64,000 bases of DNA from Octopus sinensis. Lineage: Eukaryota. How positions within the stretch are numbered: position 1 is the first letter of the stretch; each line of letters starts with the position of its first letter. This document shows, piece by piece, positions 61,813 through 64,000 of this stretch. The position numbers and the translations under genes are program-made. The stretch is from contig NW_021835995.1 of NCBI RefSeq assembly GCF_006345805.1, positions 158,795-222,794 of the forward strand, read 5' to 3'. Below the pieces are notes generated by a model. The model searched no databases. It was not told the DNA's origin and saw nothing but the letters and a program-made list of their open reading frames with translations.

Positions 61813-62609
61813 ATAACTCGTTTATTTCCACTTAATACCAAACAAAATGTAATGTAGTAAAAAATGTTCAAAAGTAATTCATATTTCTTCCAGCACATTC
61901 TTAGGATTGTTAATTATTTCTCCTTATAACATTAAAAGGATAATAAAAACATTACTCTGGATAGAAAATAGCTATTGTAACTATTTCACCTCATGTCTTG
62001 GTGCTAGTTGGAGTAGAATTATAAAGTGTTTTAGAGAGGAATTCATTGCTATGGTGATCATTTCTAAGACAATCCTAAGTGAATAGACCTATGGTCAAAC
62101 AGATTTAATCTGTTACCTGATTCAACACTACCACTTGATGTTCCTACACCTTGCTCATCATCCTCATTTTCCTGATCTATCATCCCTGAGCCACTTCTGT
62201 TTCCTTCCCTTTATCCCCACCTTCCCTATACTGACATTTCCCACCAAGCTGCAACTTCACCCTTGTTCATCACTTACTACATTTACCTCTACCCCCATCT
62301 CTAATCAATTGTCACTCTCACTTCACACTCTTATAACTCTTTACCCACTCTTGATCCATTGCCTATGTTCTATCCTAATGAATAAACTAATACACTACAA
62401 CAGTGTAATAACAATATAATCAAAACAAATGGCAATAACTTCACAGAACAACAATCATTTAAGAACCAACAATCCAACATGCTAACTCAAACTGTAAACT
62501 TTGAACTATCAACACATGCACAGTGGAAACTAGCTCACTTACTCAGACCACTACTATTTATATGTAGTGGTCCAGTCCATTCTTGCCAGGGGGCATCATA
62601 ATCTCGCAC

Positions 62610-62657
62610 AACATCTCATTTTTTGAGATTTCCTGTTTCAAAGGAATAAAGAAATTT

Positions 62658-62701
<44 letters not shown>

Positions 62702-62748
62702 CAAATTTCTTTATTCCTTTGAAACATGAAATCTCAAAAAATGAGATG

Positions 62749-62750
<2 letters not shown>
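62610..62750. repeat. Near-perfect 141-bp palindrome (51-bp arms around a (TA)n core)
   Basis: 62610-62660 versus 62700-62750 reverse complement, one mismatch. Confidence 0.95.
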
Positions 62751-62818
<68 letters not shown>

Positions 62819-62868
62819 TTTTTGGATTTGGTTTGCAAGATACTTTATGTGAGTTCGTGTGTTGAAGC

Positions 62869-63267
62869 ATATTCTGTTGTGTCTGGGGAGAGTCATTTTC
62901 TTTTTGAGCCTTATAATTTAACACACTCACCGGTAAAATTTCCCCTTATTTCTTATTTTTTATTTTCCTAAAATTTTCGTTGCATCTTGCAACCTTTTCA
63001 ATAATCTATTGCCTGTCACCCTATTTTGGGATCGATAAAATAAGTAACAGCTGAGCACTGAGGGAGACGAAATTGACAAGCCCCTCTTCCCAAATTCTTT
63101 TAGGCCATGTGCCAATAGTAAAAAAAATAGACAATTGAAAAGGTTGCAAGATACAATGAAAATTTTAGGAAAATAAAAAATAAGAAATAAGTGGAAATTT
63201 TACCAGTGAGTGTGTTAAATTATAAGGCACAAAAAGAAAATGACTCTCCCCAGACACAACAGAATAT
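62869..63267. repeat. 134-bp inverted repeat with a ~130-bp spacer (decayed SINE-A piece)
   Basis: 62869-63002 versus 63134-63267 reverse complement, few mismatches. Confidence 0.9.
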
Positions 63268-63357
63268 ATATATATATATATAAAATCCGTCGAAACTACA
63301 CCTGATTATATATACACTTTAGATGAGTTGTAGTGCACCTGAGCACTGTACACAATT

Positions 63358-63389
<32 letters not shown>

Positions 63390-63469
63390 TGTGTCTCTTT
63401 TGTTTGGGCATTATCTCAAGGTGTTCAATTTGCTTTCTTTTTCTCATGCTGGTTCTACAGGATTCTATT

Positions 63470-63720
63470 ACTTCCAAGGGAATTTCTTCCTGATCTAGGG
63501 TACACCTCTTCCTTAGTTGGTTTATATGTCTCTTATGTTCACTGTGTGATCCTTTAATTAGATACATCATACTTCCAATTTTTCTGGTAACAAGGCTATC
63601 TTCCCAATCTTCTTTACCATTCCTATAGGTTTTGAAATGCACTTTATCATGTATTTCGCTGCTTTTTTTCATATTTCCTTTATGTTTTAGATGGTGTTAG
63701 AATCAGGGTCATGGAGTCCT
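63470..63720 (-). mobile_element. Ty3/Gypsy integrase C-terminal remnant
   Basis: KEDWEDSLVTRKIGSMMYLIKG...KRHINQLRKR resembles the W..G.I...G...Y.V...RH.NQLR motif. Confidence 0.55.
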
Positions 63721-64000
63721 TCAGAAGGCTGAAATGTCATTTGATAGGAACGTAGTACAAAGAAATACATACAACAAGATTGTATCTTTAAATACCTTTA
63801 ATGTCGGCTTCACGTATATATATATAAGTTGAATGATAAATGGAAAGAGTTTGATGCATGGAGGCCATGATCTTCTGTGTGCTACCTCATGTCTGCTAAT
63901 CACCAGGTGTTGTAAGAGAGCCAGCTAGATGCCAAAAGAGGAAGTCTCAAGGCCTCATGTCAGAATCTCACCGCTGCTTGCACCATCAAGTGTAAGCTTG

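Overview
AT-rich, microsatellite-dense eukaryotic genomic DNA made up almost entirely of transposable-element debris. The SINE/LINE repertoire matches what I recall for Octopus spp. (inference, not checked against a database). No complete host gene can be supported. The only gene-like signals are a CpG-richer segment at ~34.9-38.1 kb with four minus-strand G|GTAAGT donors and one plus-strand ATG|GTAAGT, a candidate hydrophobic first coding exon (32369-32548, minus) and a candidate terminal exon (3297-3447, minus). Recognisable TE remnants: non-LTR retrotransposons (RTE, CR1, a second CR1/L2-group family, Tx1/L1, CRE, R4/Dong-like), a fossil autonomous Helitron with nested LINEs, two non-autonomous Helitrons, mariner, a DD37D/maT element, piggyBac-, hAT- and Merlin-type MITEs, and a Gypsy integrase scrap. 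There are at least four tRNA-headed SINE families (called A-D here). Most interesting: (1) minimal type-I hammerhead ribozyme motifs in a tRNA-headed SINE and in a foldback element, with Penelope-like inverted architecture; (2) SINE tails that match the 3' ends of LINEs present in this same window (Tx1 and CR1-group), one with a compensatory stem change; (3) several long fold-back structures. Most of the supplied ORFs are microsatellite or TE artefacts. All alignments and folds were done by eye.
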